From: Trichodelitschia bisporula
Lineage: Eukaryota
DNA: 64,000 bases
Direction: 5' to 3'
NCBI GenBank assembly: GCA_010356995.1
Contig: ML996688.1
Span: forward strand, 1,302,001 to 1,366,000
Part shown: piece after piece, positions 45,015 through 58,800 of the stretch
Layout: each line of letters opens with the position of its first letter
How positions within the stretch are numbered: the stretch's first letter is position 1
The notes under the pieces: model-generated
Seen by the model: only the letters and a program-made list of their open reading frames with translations
Databases searched by the model: none
Told to the model about the DNA's origin: nothing
Program-made: the position numbers and the translations under genes

Positions 45015-46337
45015 CTAAACAACCGCTTCATCCTTCCACTTGCTCTCCTTGGCCACCATTGACCCATCAATGTAGCCCGCAAGCATGCCCACCATAAAGT
45101 CACGCCCCTTGATCAACCAGACAAAGATGCTGGGCACCCGCCAGCCAAAGATGGCGCCAACGCCCTTACTCCGGCCCACCGGCACAATCTGCATCTCGGA
45201 ACTATTCTTCGAGAACGTGCGATCCTTGCCCTTCATCGCCGTCCCCTCAGGCGCGCCCGCCGCATCCCACAGCAGATCGCGCTTCAGGTTTGTCATAACG
45301 ACGGGCAGCGCCGCCGCGATCTCCATGATGCCGCCGCGCGTGTAGTTGCCCACATCGCCGAGCACATAGACACGCGGACCCGCCTTCTCGACGCGTAGTG
45401 TTTCGGGGTTGCTGTCGACGTAGCCGCGTGCGTCCAGCACGTTGGCGGGCAGAAACTCGGTGTTGGGCGCGACACCCGTGGCGGGGATATAGATGTCGGC
45501 GTCGTGGGTCTCGCCCGTCGAGAGCGTGACCGTAGCGGCGGCGAAGAGACTATCCAGGTTTCCGGTCGCGGGGTCGACCTTGCCAGCGGCGGCAGGGGTG
45601 ACGGCTTCGACGCGCGCATTGTACACGACGTCGACGCCGACGCGATTGAGATATCCCTCAGCGGCCTTCCCAATGGCAGGCCGCAGAATGGGCAGTAACT
45701 TGCTGTCCGCCGTGATGACCGTGATCTTCACTTTGGGCGCCTTGTGCTTGCCGGCCAGGAAGCCAGCGGCGCCGTTGAGTTCCTCACCCAGCTCGGCGGC
45801 GGTCTCGACGGCAGCAGGCCCGCCGCCACCCACGATTATGGATTTCACATTCGGGAGGGCCTTTTGGAAGGCGACCTGCGCAGCTTCGAGCGCCGTGTGC
45901 GTGGTCTGCAGGCCAAGGATGGGGGATGGGGTGCGCACGCCTGTCGCGATGACAAGGGCGTGGTACGCGTAAGTGGTAGAGGTGCCGTCGGCGAGGGCGA
46001 TGGTTGCGATGCGTGCGGTTGGGTCGGCGCTCGTGGCCGTGCCTTGCACGAAGGTGAACTTGTCCGCGTCGTACTTCTTAAACTGGTCGATGACGGGAAT
46101 GGCCGTCTTTGCGGCGGGCATGAGGGAGTGGTTGACGGCACCGCGGGGCGCGGTTGGCCGGTGGTAGATGTGGCTCGAGGTTGAGACGAGAGTGACGTGA
46201 TAGGTGCCCTTGCTAGAGAGGGCGGGTACGATGTGGTTTAGGATGTACTGCGCAGCTCCCACGCCGGCGTAGGAGCCGCCGAGGACGAGGATCTCCTTCG
46301 TGGGACCGGGCTTGGAGGTGAGTGTTGAGTCTGCCAT
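45015..46337 (-). CDS. AIF/AMID-like FAD-dependent pyridine nucleotide-disulfide oxidoreductase
   Basis: ILVLGGSYAG FAD motif, LVIATG, IIVGGGGPAAVE NAD(P) motif, RVYVLGD; intronless, 440 aa. Confidence 0.9.
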   Translation of the reverse strand: MADSTLTSKPGPTKEILVLGGSYAGVGAAQYILNHIVPALSSKGTYHVTLVSTSSHIYHRPTAPRGAVNHSLMPAAKTAIPVIDQFKKYDADKFTFVQGTATSADPTARIATIALADGTSTTYAYHALVIATGVRTPSPILGLQTTHTALEAAQVAFQKALPNVKSIIVGGGGPAAVETAAELGEELNGAAGFLAGKHKAPKVKITVITADSKLLPILRPAIGKAAEGYLNRVGVDVVYNARVEAVTPAAAGKVDPATGNLDSLFAAATVTLSTGETHDADIYIPATGVAPNTEFLPANVLDARGYVDSNPETLRVEKAGPRVYVLGDVGNYTRGGIMEIAAALPVVMTNLKRDLLWDAAGAPEGTAMKGKDRTFSKNSSEMQIVPVGRSKGVGAIFGWRVPSIFVWLIKGRDFMVGMLAGYIDGSMVAKESKWKDEAVV

Positions 46338-47740
46338 TGGGGGCGGTAGGGTGAGGGGCTATCGACAGAAAGGGATGCTAGATGTGTAAGAGTAGACGAA
46401 GATGAGGAAGGAAGAGTGGGTAAGTAGGCAAAAAGAGAGAGTTGGAGGGAGTGAAGAAGCTTTTGTAGGTGATGGGGGAGCACAGAAGGGGCACATGGGA
46501 GAAAGAGCTAGGAACAAATACCCGATTATAAAGAAGCACGGTTCACCTGAACCCGATCAATCAGCCATCCGGAGTCGGACAGCATCATGTACCCATCCAG
46601 TCAGGGAGATGCCACGCAAAGAGCCACAGCGCTAGTGGAGTCGCGGTCAGAGAATTGAGTTGGCCTAGCCCTTGGGCATATTGGTCCTTGAGAATGACGA
46701 GGCTCGCTGTCGCCGACTCGATACGCACCCACAACAGGTGGAATTTCGTGAACCTTTTAATGTATCAAAAGACGACATTGCTTGATACTCTATTTCTTCC
46801 TCCATCTCCCATCCCATCTCTCTCTCCCTCTCCCCTTCTCTCTATCTTGACCCCCAACTATGTTTTCCTCTGCATTCAAACCGAGGCGCGTCCATGTTCT
46901 CGACTTCCATGTCTTGGCTCTTCAACAACCCACCCCGGTCAGGTACCGACAAGGTCCAATCACTAGCCGAAGCCTGCGGATCATCCCATTGAGGACTAGC
47001 TAATCGTCGGCATACCCTCCATCCGTCTTCCCGGCGAGCTTACCAACACTTCAAACCAGCTGCTGAGTTTAACAATCATACAGCCCTACACCATGTAACC
47101 ATACTGCGCACTCATCACCAATGTTTGGACGAGTCAGATAGCACGCTTGGGCATTACCTACTCTCGTCGGCGTGCTTATCGCCCGTTGTTCCATCGAAAG
47201 CTCATTCCCGTGTTAATTTATCATCCCCTTTGCTGATTGCTTTGTCTGGCTGATCAAGCGGGTCTGCTCCAGCGTGTGGTGGCACGACGGTAGACCCGCT
47301 CCCCCATCCCTTCCCTACTTTGGGGCTGAGAAGGCAAGACATTCGATACTCACATCCTGTGGATCTCAAGGGCCTTCCTTGGTTGGCGGAACAGCCTTCG
47401 ATCACCAGTCACTGAAGCAATACCACCACGTTCACATGTCAGCCTGGTCTTAGGTAAGCTTCGTGTTGGAGACGGCATTGATTCTGAAAAAGCTGCATTC
47501 CCGCTGGAGGCCATTGGGTATCCCTCATAACGATACAGCGCTACGTAGTGCTAGGTATATCGGACGAGTGCGAGAGAGATTGTGGAATATGAAAGCCCAC
47601 CGCTCCCGCCGACGCTGCAAGCCGATAACACCTGCTTAGGCCTTCGTTGAGCCCAGTATAAAGTGCGAACGACGCCCGTGGACACCCTGCTAATCCCACT
47701 CCGACCGAGAGGACCAAAGGCCCCATCAGTCATGCAACCT

Positions 47741-48516
47741 TTACTCCACATCGCCCTTGCCCTCGAAATTCTCGCCGGCAACGAGGTCGGGGATGTCATC
47801 ATCATCATCCTCGTCATCTTTCTTCTCACCCTCCCCACCCTCCTTCTTCTGCATGTTCTGGTACGACTCGGCCAGCTTGCGCAGCGACGCGAGCGAGTCG
47901 GGGCCGAGCTGGTTCAGGATGCCAGGGACGAGCTCAGTGAGTTCCTTGTCCTCACCGTTGCCGTAGATGGCGAAGGTGTTGGCGGGAACCGAGGCGTGGA
48001 CTACGTCGCTTGTCAGAACCGCAAACCCCAGCAACCGTGGCCGATGCTCCAGCATCCGCACAGTCCAATCATGTATGAAGCTCACCCTTGGGGGCCGCGA
48101 AGTGAATCACGTTGCCATCGCTCTTGAACATGTTGACCTCCTCAATCGCCTGGATGGGCTGAACGTTCAGCTTCTTGAGCGCACCCTGCAGCTTCTTGTC
48201 GTCGGTGCCAGCGCTCTTGTGGACCTTCTTGACCTTCCGCCGAGGAGTGCCCTTGCCGCTACCGTTGTATTAGCTCGAGCACAGAGTCCCGCTGTCCGGG
48301 ATGCGGGGAAGAGTTTGGAAAGAGGCATCGAGGGTGGTGCGGTGTCGAACAGGAGAAGCGACTTACCCTACATGCCGAAGCAACGTTAGCAGCTACGCGA
48401 CATAAAAGCTTTTTGCATCACAACATATGACAACATATGATTTGTAGACGAGGGTAGAACGTGGACTCACCAATGCGGACATTGGCCTGCATGCGAGCCA
48501 ACTTTGCTTGATCCAT
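47741..48516 (-). CDS. EGD1: Nascent polypeptide-associated complex subunit beta (BTF3/EGD1); exons 48516-48471, 48367, 48258-48086, 48000-47741
   Basis: [63 protein letters not shown]. Requires a 1-nt exon at 48367. Confidence 0.95.
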
Positions 48517-49390
48517 GATTGAGGTTGGTGGGGGGTTGCTAGGACGGGGCGGATCCTATTCCGAGAGACATCGTCAGCGACTCGAAATAAAACTGGTCAA
48601 ACAGGGTGAGGGAGCCTACCTAGCGGGGTTTTGTGATGGCAAAATGGAGTGGTTGCAGAGGTGGAGTGAAGGTTGGAGGTAGGTGAAGTCGGCAAGGCCA
48701 CAAGAAACTCCGAATGTGCGCCTCCATGCGGCTCGCTTAACGCCAAAATTCAGCAATTGTGGCGGTGCACTCTGCGGGGTACTGCCCTCGAACCTGACGT
48801 CAAACATTTGATATGGCTCACATTCGTTAGGACAATAGCCTATAAAGTTCTCTCGCTGTTTTCTATCGGCGTATAATTTGGAAAGAAGAGTGGTGGCGTA
48901 AATGGGTAGAGAAGCATAGTGCCACTCTTTCTTAGGCGACATACCTCGTCATTGTAGGCAATAGGTGACGGGAGAACCAACCGCACAATGTGGTTCGGAG
49001 AATAGTCTATATAGTTACTGCTCTACCTTTTCGCATTTATGTAGGTACTCTCTCTTCTAAATCAAGCGTTCGACACGACATCTACAGTCTCAAAATATGC
49101 AAGATGCAGCAGCCAAAAGCTCCACGTTATTGACGTTGATGAGCACATCAGGACATACTCTCTATGACGCACACTATTGTGCAACCAACCCACCGTGAAA
49201 CGAATGCAGCTCATAGGCACCACACCGCTTCCGGAATCATCCAAAGCCGAACCAAACCGGAACGCCAGCGCTATGCATAACTACAAGTTATAAACGACAA
49301 AATTCAAGCGTCAAACCGCGCCCCGCGCCAGCAGCAAACACCACACCACGGACGCCTCCGGTTGAATATGTACAAAAGGAGAGTAGGGTA

Positions 49391-50463
49391 TCAGATGTCG
49401 CGCCACGACCCCTGCGTCGCCCCTTGGCTATCGTACGGCCGTACCTGGCCGTTATATGGCCGCGCCTGGTTGCCATATGATTGCGGTGGCTGGTCATACG
49501 CAGGCTGAGAAATGCCGTTGTACGGCCGCGGCTGGTTCGGGTACGGCCTGGGTGATTGGGACGGTTGGTACGCGTTATAGGGTTCAGCGGGCGGTTCGTA
49601 GGCCGTTGACCCAGAGGGCGCATATCCAGGCGAACGTGGGGGGATGTACGGATCCTTGCGACCGTACTGTTGGTTCCCGTATCCTTGCTGCACCGGATTC
49701 GGGGTCGCTCCGCGATATCCAGAGTGGCTATCGGCATGGGGACCCGCTGGTGGGCCGCCATATGGACTGTAACTACGCGGGGCACCGTTTCTGAGGAATG
49801 AGTCTTGTTCCTGAAAAGGCGAGCGCGGACCCGGAGACCTTGAGGGAGTCGGTGAGACGAGGTTAGGTGATGAGGCGGCACCTTGCTCTTGGGGCTTCAG
49901 CTTGTCTAATTCGTGGCTCTCTCCTTCCTCGAACACGGCGACCTTTTTGCTCGTCGCGTCTTGCCAGCTCGGCATTGCGGGCAGGGAATCTTCGTGCACC
50001 TTTCTTCCCGATTCAAACGTTGCGAATTGTGGGGGAGCTGAGTAGACGGGCGCGGGCGCGGAGTGGTATTGTTGATTGTACATGGGCGGTGGATGACCGT
50101 ATGGGGTTGATGGCACGGAGTTGAGATGCTGGTGTCCTTTGTCCTTCTTTCCAGATCCACAGCAGCCGGCGCAGCAGCGAAAGCAGCAGCATGCGCACTC
50201 GGCCCCGCAGCAGAGGCACCGAGCGAGACACCAGAGCAGCGAGAGGGCGATGAGGGAGACAACGATGATTGCGACAATCACTGGCCATCTGAGGGAGGTT
50301 AGCACTGCAACCTCGAACGCAAGCACAAGTGCGCATCGCAGAGCGGGGACGAAGCTCACTTGCAATAGGTCTTCTCCATGCACTTGTCCCAAGACGAAAA
50401 AGTGTTTTTCACCCCCGTTGCAGCGCCGATGACGCCGTCCTGACGAATGTGTAGGATGGCCAT
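49391..50463 (-). CDS. Single-pass membrane protein with Cys cluster and Pro/Tyr/Gln-rich tail (exons 50463-50360, 50288-49391)
   Basis: SSWDKCMEKTYCKWPVIVAIIVVSLIALSLLWC transmembrane segment followed by CLCCGAECACCCFRCCAGCC; EDSLPAMPSW motif; canonical intron. Confidence 0.8.
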
Positions 50464-51442
50464 GCTGGCGAAGGTGGACTCTACTGACGACCAGCGACGA
50501 GTTTGGTGCAAGTAAAGTGGACTCTGGGAGAGTAGGAATGCTGTGAAATGAGCGAGGTGATGAGGGAACGTTGCACGCCGTGACCCTCTACGCAACGTAC
50601 CGTACAGTTGATAGGATGCGCGCTCAGTTGGAATCTGGGGACGAGGCTGCTCGGTCCGCCACTCAAGCGGCGGGAAGCAAGGACAAGTGTGGCCAACCCC
50701 TCCCCTCCCCTTCCCAATGGCTGACATAAGAAGTACAGTATCCTTGCTCACTCGAAACACTCACCCTGCAACTCTTTCCCCTACAATTAATATGGTGACG
50801 CTTCATCCCATTTGCCAAACCATTGGTCTAAAGCAGAGCTAACTACTTAGCTCATCGACTTGGCCCTTTGACGTTCGACCGTCAAAAGCCAAAAAGGAGA
50901 AACCCCCTTTCCGGAGATGCGATCCGTACAAGTGCATATTTCACTTCATACGAGTCCAGATGGGTAGCCCGGGACATATGGAAGAAGGCTGTGATGCACC
51001 GCAGCCATTGTTACATCCATCTATAAATGCATCATTTTTGGCCCGTTACCACCTGCAAGGCCGGCGCGGGAAGCCCCAGGCTGACGACAGATCGGAAGCG
51101 GGCCACCCGTGTCAGCACTTAGCGCACGTTTCTCCATCTTGAACGGCTTTTGTTCAAACTGAATGCGGACTACCGAGTGCGGGCAGCATACGTAGTAATA
51201 TCTTAGCATCATGCAATTATGCTACGTAAACTTGGAACCGCAATTAGCTCAAGCAGCTTGCTTCTGGAAAAGCACCCCAGACAGGCTGTGCTTGATAAAT
51301 CTACGCAATGGTCTTTCGTTGAACGTACATCATGACTGCTATGCATCCCCCCGCCAAATAAAGCCATGGCAGACAAGACCCTCGCGCCTACGTACGCCAG
51401 AGTCCCATGCAAAAGGCAAAAGACAAACTGAGCCACAACTAA

Positions 51443-53330
51443 CTACCGCCCAAGCCTGATGACACCCGCAGCAACGAGCTTCTGCACCTTGATCCTCACT
51501 TGCGGGTTCCGCATGTGGTCTTGCAGCGCGGCGGGGTCCGCCTTGGCCTGCTGTAAGATGCTCTGCATAACGGGGTCCTGGAGGATTTGCGCAATCTACA
51601 TGGAATGTCAGTCACCGTGCTCGTAAAATGTGGCTGTGTAATGTGGCTGTGCAAACATACCTCTGGGTCACGTTGGATGCGCTCCATCGTCTGCTCTTCC
51701 GTCTCACCTTCCCGAGCAGAAAACTGCCCCTGGAGCGCCTTCTGCTGCTGCTGGTCAATCTCCCGAGCGTTCTTGCCGCCCTCATCATGCTCGCGCGCCT
51801 CCTCGCAAACGTCGAGACACTTGTTGTATTCACGCATCGCGAAAAGGGCCTGAGCCTTACGAAGGTAGGCACGGATGAACTTTGGATCCCGCTTGATGGC
51901 CTCGTCACAGTCCTGGACAGCAGAGGGGAAAGACAGGAGCTTGATGAAGCAGGCCGCCCGGTTTGAGTATCCACGAGGATCGTCAGGGCCGCGCTTGATC
52001 ATCTCCGTGTATGCCGCAACCGCCGCAGGCCAATCTGCCTCCTTGAATTTCTCGTTACCGAGCTCGCGGGCCTTTTCGGCCTCCTCCGGGTTGACGTACG
52101 CATCGCGCTCGGCGACAATTTTGGCCTTCTCGGCAGCGCGGAGCTTGGACAGAACGTCGGGTGTCCGGTGCTCCGTCAGGGACTTGTTGAAGTAGAAGAT
52201 CGCTTGAGAGTAATCCCCGAGCTTCTCATAGGCAGACCCAATACGCCCAAACGCCTTTGCGATGAGCTTGAAGTCTGCCATAACCTCGCGCCCCTCATCA
52301 ACAGCCTGCTTGCAAGTCTCGATGCACTTCTCGTAGTCGCCCTTCTCGTAGTATGCAGCACTGAGGTTAGTGAGGTAGGTAACATCCTTGAAAAGCGACC
52401 AGGCCTTAGTGTAGTGCTCAATGGCGGCGTCAAACTGGCGTTTCTTGTAGTTTTCCGTGCCAAGTTTCTTTTCCTCATCGGCCTTCGCCTTTGCCTCGCG
52501 TTTAGTAGCAGCTTCTTCATCCTCGGACTCAGGAGTGGGTTCTCTCTTAGGCTCAGGCTTAGACGAGGGTGCATCGGGCATGGGAACATCTTCTTGGACT
52601 TCCTGAGCCGACCCGCCGGGACCACCAGGCCCTGCATTAGGATCGCGGAACTGCATATCGATACCCAGCAAGACGCTGATGACTTGCAAGAAGCGCGGGT
52701 CGCTCAGCTCCGCGCCAGCCGCGTTCGGGTTCTGCCTGATGCGCTGTAATTTGGCCATGAACTCGTTGTCCGCAAGCAGATAGCTCGTCTTCGGGTTTTT
52801 AGCCAGCTTCTGGATCAACTGCGGGTCGTTGAAGATATTGCCGAGACCACCGCTGGGGTCGGCGCCCCCCGCCTCAGACTCCATGGCGCGCTTGACGGAC
52901 TCGAGGCCAGACTTCGCTTGGGCGTTGGCGGGGTCGAGGCCGAGGGCCTTCTCGTAGGCATCGTTCGCAGACACTATCATGTATGAGTGACTTCACAAGT
53001 GCGATAGTGGCATTATGACTCACAAAGATCTCCTTGGCCATGGTGCGCGGCAGCCTTGCGAGTCCAACCCTTCGGCCAGTCGGGCTTCAGTTCGACAACC
53101 TTATCGGCATCGTGCAGCGCGTGCTCAAAATCTTTGATGGAGGCGTAAGAGCCCGAACGGTTCGAATACAGGACGTGATTCGTGGGGTCGAGCTCGATGG
53201 CCTCAGAGAACTTCTCGCTACGCAAAAGTTAGAAACCAAACAAACAACGAGGCTGGGGCGCCTACATAGACTCTTTGAACTTCTTCTCCTGGAAGAGCTT
53301 ATTGCCCTCCGCTTTCAGTGCTTCAGCCAT
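51443..53330 (-). CDS. STI1: Hsp70/Hsp90 co-chaperone STI1/HOP; exons 53330-53266, 53217-53024, 52973-51661, 51595-51443
   Basis: TPR1 ([15 protein letters not shown]), DP1, TPR2A/2B and DP2 ending [12 protein letters not shown]. Confidence 0.97.
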
Positions 53331-53459
53331 GGTGGATAGTGAGGATATGGCTCAAAGACTGTTTTGCGATGGGTGACGACTGTAGAATGTTTGTTTTGGG
53401 TGGAGACTTGTGATGTAGTACGGGTGGTGCACGTCGTTCGTATAAATTCAACCATGCAC

Positions 53460-53498
53460 TTCTAGAGCTTTCTGAGGGGCACGGGCCGTGCTCGAGAA
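53460..53498. promoter_or_regulatory. Putative heat shock elements upstream of STI1
   Basis: TTCtaGAGctTTC (53460-53472) and CTCgaGAA (53491-53498), imperfect nGAAn arrays 130-170 nt upstream of the ATG. Confidence 0.45.
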
Positions 53499-53708
53499 GG
53501 TGCTTGTGAGTTTTGCCGCCACTGACCGCCCACATGCGTCTTGGCTTAGAGCGGGGCTGACAGGGAGTGAGGGGCAGGGCAAGGCGTAAGGCGGCCCACT
53601 TCATTTCAATCCACTTGTTTGCAGTCAAAGGATTAGGCTGAGCGACTTCATCACAAGGCTGGCTCATGTTACATGTGTACAGTAGTGTCCTACTCTATCA
53701 AACCACAG

Positions 53709-55164
53709 CTATCTGGCTTCATCACGCTGCTTCAAAACCTTATCAATCTCTTCTGCAGCATCCCAGTGATACAACTCCTGGTTCACGTCTCCGAATATCT
53801 TCTTCCCTGGGCAATTCCGTTAGCATTTCCTCAACGTGAAAAATGCGAAGGTACATACCAATAGACGGGAACTTGATGATCATCCAGAAGAAGAAATAGC
53901 CTATCATCTCTTCGATAAGCCCCTGGTCTCCCTTCCTCGCTGACAGCTGCTTCGTTCTATCGGCAATATTCCTGACTCTTGGGCCTCTTACTTCGTAGTA
54001 GGTCTTGCTGGCCAAGTTGATTGCTTCCCGCACCGAAAGCTCCCCTTCTCCCCCGGTTTCACCACTCTGACCAAGGTAGAGTTTGAGTAGTAGTACCAGA
54101 GTCGTTGCGTCTTCCAGAGCCTGGCTACTCCCTTGTCCAGATGTTGGATTAAGCGCATGCGCCGCATCGCCCACAAGCAGCAGGCCATCCTGGCCCCAGT
54201 GTGGTAGTGGCGGGGTCGTCCATACTGGGTATATGGATTCGACGTCGCACTTGTTGATGATCTCTTGAATGATAGGGTCCTTCCACTTGCTATGTCGCTG
54301 CTTAAGCTGCGCTCGCATATCCTCCACTGAGATGCGTGTCTCCTCGGGTACTTGGGCAGCCTCGCACGTTGACCACCACATGAGGCTTGTCGGTGATGTA
54401 GGGCTATAGCCAAAGAAACCGTTCGCCCCAAAGGTAAATACCATGGACTTCTCTTCAAGAAGCGCAGCTGGGGGAGTGTAGTCGACGAAACCTCCCACGC
54501 CGATCTGGTTCCTGCACACATATTAACTGAAGTCCAAAACGAGAGCGAAAACATACTCATAGACAATGGGATATTGCGCCTGATCCACCTCTCCAAATAC
54601 CCCCTTTTTAACTACACTCCTCACCCCGTCCGCTCCAATCACTAAATCCGCCTCTTCCTCTTCCCCATCGACAAACCTCACCACCGGCTTCCCCGCTTCT
54701 CCTATCTTAACTTCAAGCACAGCGCGATACTGGATGACATCCTTCCCCGCCGCATCCCGCAAGCATTCCCATAACCCATGACGGCTACTCGCAACGCACC
54801 ACTCCTGCGGATTGCGCTTATCGCCAGTAGGCGACAATCCAAGGCGCCATCCACGTGCTGCGCGGAAGCAAAAGTTTTCGCACACATATCCTTGCGCGAC
54901 AACGGCGTCGTACAGTTGTTGATCAAGGGTTCGCAGCGCACGCATGCCATTAGCGGAGATACCTAAACCACCACCCACAATGGCTGTCGACGATGAGAGC
55001 TCGCCGAAGCTTGAAGCCGTGGCCTCGCTGGTGTCGGTGGTGGCGTGCGGGTGGTGACGTTCATAGATTGTGATTCGGGACGAGAGGGAGGCGGGGAGGT
55101 GCTTTTGGAGAAGAAGATAGGTCGAGAGGCCGGAGACGCCGCCACCGACGATGATGATGTTCAT
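53709..55164 (-). CDS. Group A FAD-dependent monooxygenase; exons 55164-54557, 54511-53859, 53806-53709
   Basis: IIIVGGGVSG, DLVIGADGVRSVV (DG motif) and LVGDAAHALNPTSGQGSSQALED (GD motif). Confidence 0.92.
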
Positions 55165-55831
55165 GGTTTGATGGGCTTCGAAAAACTGAGACGATGAGAC
55201 CGACGTAAGGCAGACTGAAGTGCGTAGGAGATGGCATCAGCCATTGTATGCTATCCAAAAGTGCTGCCTAATCAGCCACAGCATCTTCCTTCGTATTCGG
55301 TACTTTTACGCACGCTGCATATTGGTCCTTCAGCTGGCCGAGACTAATAGAGAGCACTCCCTTGACAAGCTGTCATTTCAAGGGGGATAGGGCGGTGGTG
55401 CAGGGCTGCAGCATAATATTCTTCCTCATTGGCCGTTCCAGAATCTTTGCTGCATTCCTAGTAGCAAATCGTCAGGAATTTGCCGGTCTGATGCCACGAG
55501 AAGCCGAAGGAATCGATCAAGCATGGCAGTTACGAGTAGGTGAGGTTGCGAAGTAAAACGCTAATACACATAGATTTTGCGAGAACAAAGCCCAAATGTT
55601 ATGCATATGCGTCATGTACCAAGCACTTCTGTGCCGCAGCAAGATGTTCTGATGTACATGGCCTCCAGCCATTCGTTAGGCAGGAGAAAAACGAGCGCCG
55701 CGAATGGTAACCTCCTATGATCAGAGGATACCTCTGTAATGCAGTAACTTTCCCCTTTGTTATACACTTTACCAGCCAACGCCCCCGAAACACCCTGGTA
55801 TGGAGCTAATTCGAATTTCCGACTCCCATAA

Positions 55832-58800
55832 TCAATTCTTCAGCTCCGTGTTCATCATCGCCAGACCGCTGGGGGGTGCAGGAGTGGCAGTCCGACTTGG
55901 AGCCGCGCTGCGATTGTGGCTCATGTGGGCCTTAACGAGATGGCCCGCAGCAAGTGCCGCGCACAAACTAAGCTCTCCGGCAAGAGTGGCAGCGGCAATG
56001 ACGCGTGCAAGCTGTCGAGCGTTTTCACCTGGGCTTGTTTGGTGCGCACCACGAACACCAAGGAGGTCAAGCATGGCGGCCTGCGGCTCAAGGATTGTAC
56101 CGCCACCGATAGTGCCAACTTCGATGCTAGGCATAGACACTGATGCGTGGAGATTGCCGTTCATGCTAGATGATGGTCAGAGACAACTCAAAGGCTGGGC
56201 GGGATGACCTACTTCTTCATGACTGTGATGCAGTTTGCGCTCTCGACAACTTGTGCAGGATCTTGTCCAGTTGCCAGGAACATGGCCGCCACAATATTTG
56301 CAGCATGGGCATTGAAGCCACCAATACTGCCGGCCATGGCAGAGCCGATCAGATTCTTGCTGATGTTCAACTCAACCAGAGCATCCACGCTGCTCTTGAG
56401 CACATCGCGAACCACATCGGCAGGAATCACGGCTTCAGCCACCACACTCTTGCCCCGGCCATCGACCCAGTTGATTGCGGCAGCTTTCTTATCGGTGCAA
56501 AAGTTTCCAGAGATCGTGATGATTGACATATCGCTGAAACCAGCTTCCGTCGCCATGACGTGGAGTGCGCGTTCAACGCCCTTAGAAATCATGTTCATTC
56601 CCATGGCGTCGCCGGTGGTAGTTTTGAACCGAATGTAGAGATTGGTGCCGGCAAGCGCAGTCTTCATGTTCTGCAACCGAGCGAAACGGCTGGTGGAGTT
56701 AAAAGCAGCCTTCATCACCTTCTGGCCCTCTTCGGAGTCGAGCCAGACCTTTGCATGGGCAGCGCGAGCAAGCGATTCAAATTGAACGCAGGGTCCACGG
56801 GTCATCCCATCTGCAGTGAGAACAGTGGTGGCACCACCTCCGAGATTGATAGCCTTGCAGCCTCTGCTGGTGCTGGCAACCAGGACGCCTTCGGTGGTTG
56901 CCATTGGGATGAAGAAGTTGCGACCATCCATATTCAACGGACCAGCCACACCCAGGGGGAGCGGCAGGTATCCAACAACGTTCTCGCAGCAAGCGCCTGC
57001 GACACGTTCGTAATCATAGTTCCGATATGGAAGCTTGGAGTACTCGAGGAGTGTCGAGGTTTCACGGGTAGCATGGGTCCTGGAGACGACAGCCCGACGG
57101 ATCTTGACGGCGCGGGTCATATCACCAAGAGTCTTTTCCAAGGCATAACCTGGAATCTTGCCTCGGGTGGCCATGGCGATGAGCTCCTCATCGTTTAACT
57201 CCTTGGCACGCTTTTGCTTCAGTAAAGCCTCACACTCTTCCATAGTGCGATTTGACTGCGCATCAGCAGTCCACGCCGGCTCGAGTTCATCTTCGGACTC
57301 AGGCAGTGGTACATGCTGTACAATGCGGGTCCTTGCTCCGGCTTCATGGGGGATCAAATTTCCGTTGGGGGGCGCCATGACTTCATTCTCCCTCGGTGGC
57401 CTCTCCGGGTAAGGCTCCTTGGTTGTCAATCGAGCAGCATTGAAAAGATACCCATTGAGAACCAAGCTCATCACAAGTGCGATAAAAATCCACTTGCTCA
57501 AAACTGGATCCTCAAAACTCTTCAGGAAGCTGCCAACCATGCTGGCACCCATAGCATCAAACGCATCCTCGCTGCTAGACTCCGCATAGTGGACGGACGG
57601 ATATGCTAACTCGTACTTGATCGGCGGGACGACTGTCACCAGCGTCGAACGCTTCGCTTCTTGAGCAGCGACAAGGATGGCATTCAAACCACTCCCGGCA
57701 ACCTTAAAGGGATCCATTGGCGGATCTGCAAACCCCGCCAGACTAGATAAAGAAAGAGGAGTATTTTTCCGGAAAGGGATTGTGCAGAGGTTCAAAACAT
57801 TGATGATGATGAAACCGGAGACCATCAACGCTTTGAACTTCGGGATACTGCTGTCGCGGAAGGCAGCACCAAAGACGGGATGCTCGGTGTTGGGATCCTT
57901 ATCGGTCGTAGAGCCGGAGCCGACGCGAGGCCACTCATTTGTAGAAGCAACATTTTCCGCGACCTTGCGGCTGATACCATCATCTTCCAGTGCTTTGCGT
58001 AACGCTACGTGACGCTTGATGCGGTTGATCTCCAACTTGATAGTTAAGATTGCGGTGTAGAACGTGAATAGGAGCAGGCCGTCAAAGAAGAGGATCCAAG
58101 CGGCAAGGAAACAGAAAGGCCGAAGACCACCCTGGACTCCGGAAGCCGCCCCAGCGATCAGAACAGCGATTTCAATCAGATAGTCGCGCACAATCCGGCC
58201 CCCAAGCTCCTTGACGGCGGTTTGAACGGCATACTGGATAGTCGGCGGGCCGCTAGCTTCGTTGTTTGGGTTACCCTCGCGCTTTCGGTCAAGAGAATGT
58301 GCAAGCACAACCTTGGTAAGCGTGATGGGTTTCTCGAAGCCCACGACCGTGACCAAGAACGGGAGCCCCTCGGAAAGGAGAACCATGTTGATAGGCACAC
58401 CTAGGCGATCAGTGACCAGCATTCCGAAGAGGAAAGCGAAGCTGGACGAAAAAAGGACAGTAGCGCCCAACCAGAAATTGGAGCCCAGTTTCCTCATCGA
58501 GATGAAGAGTGAGATGAACGTCAGGTGCATGGACAGGTAGCCCAAAACCATCATGATGATGTCGAGCGTCTGAGCATTCTGCTAGGATTAACAACATGCA
58601 TGCGCTCAAGCCGTCCTTCTCACCTTCAAAAGATCCAAAAATTTTGAGACAGCGTCGGAAGCCCATGTCCGGACGCTCCTGGAGCCACTCCGCACCTTGG
58701 CCGCTTTCATTATCCACATCTTTTTCTCAGAAGTGTCATCCGAAGGAACAGAGGCCTCGTCAAAGACGGGCATCTCCTGCGAGGCGGCCAAAAACCGAGG

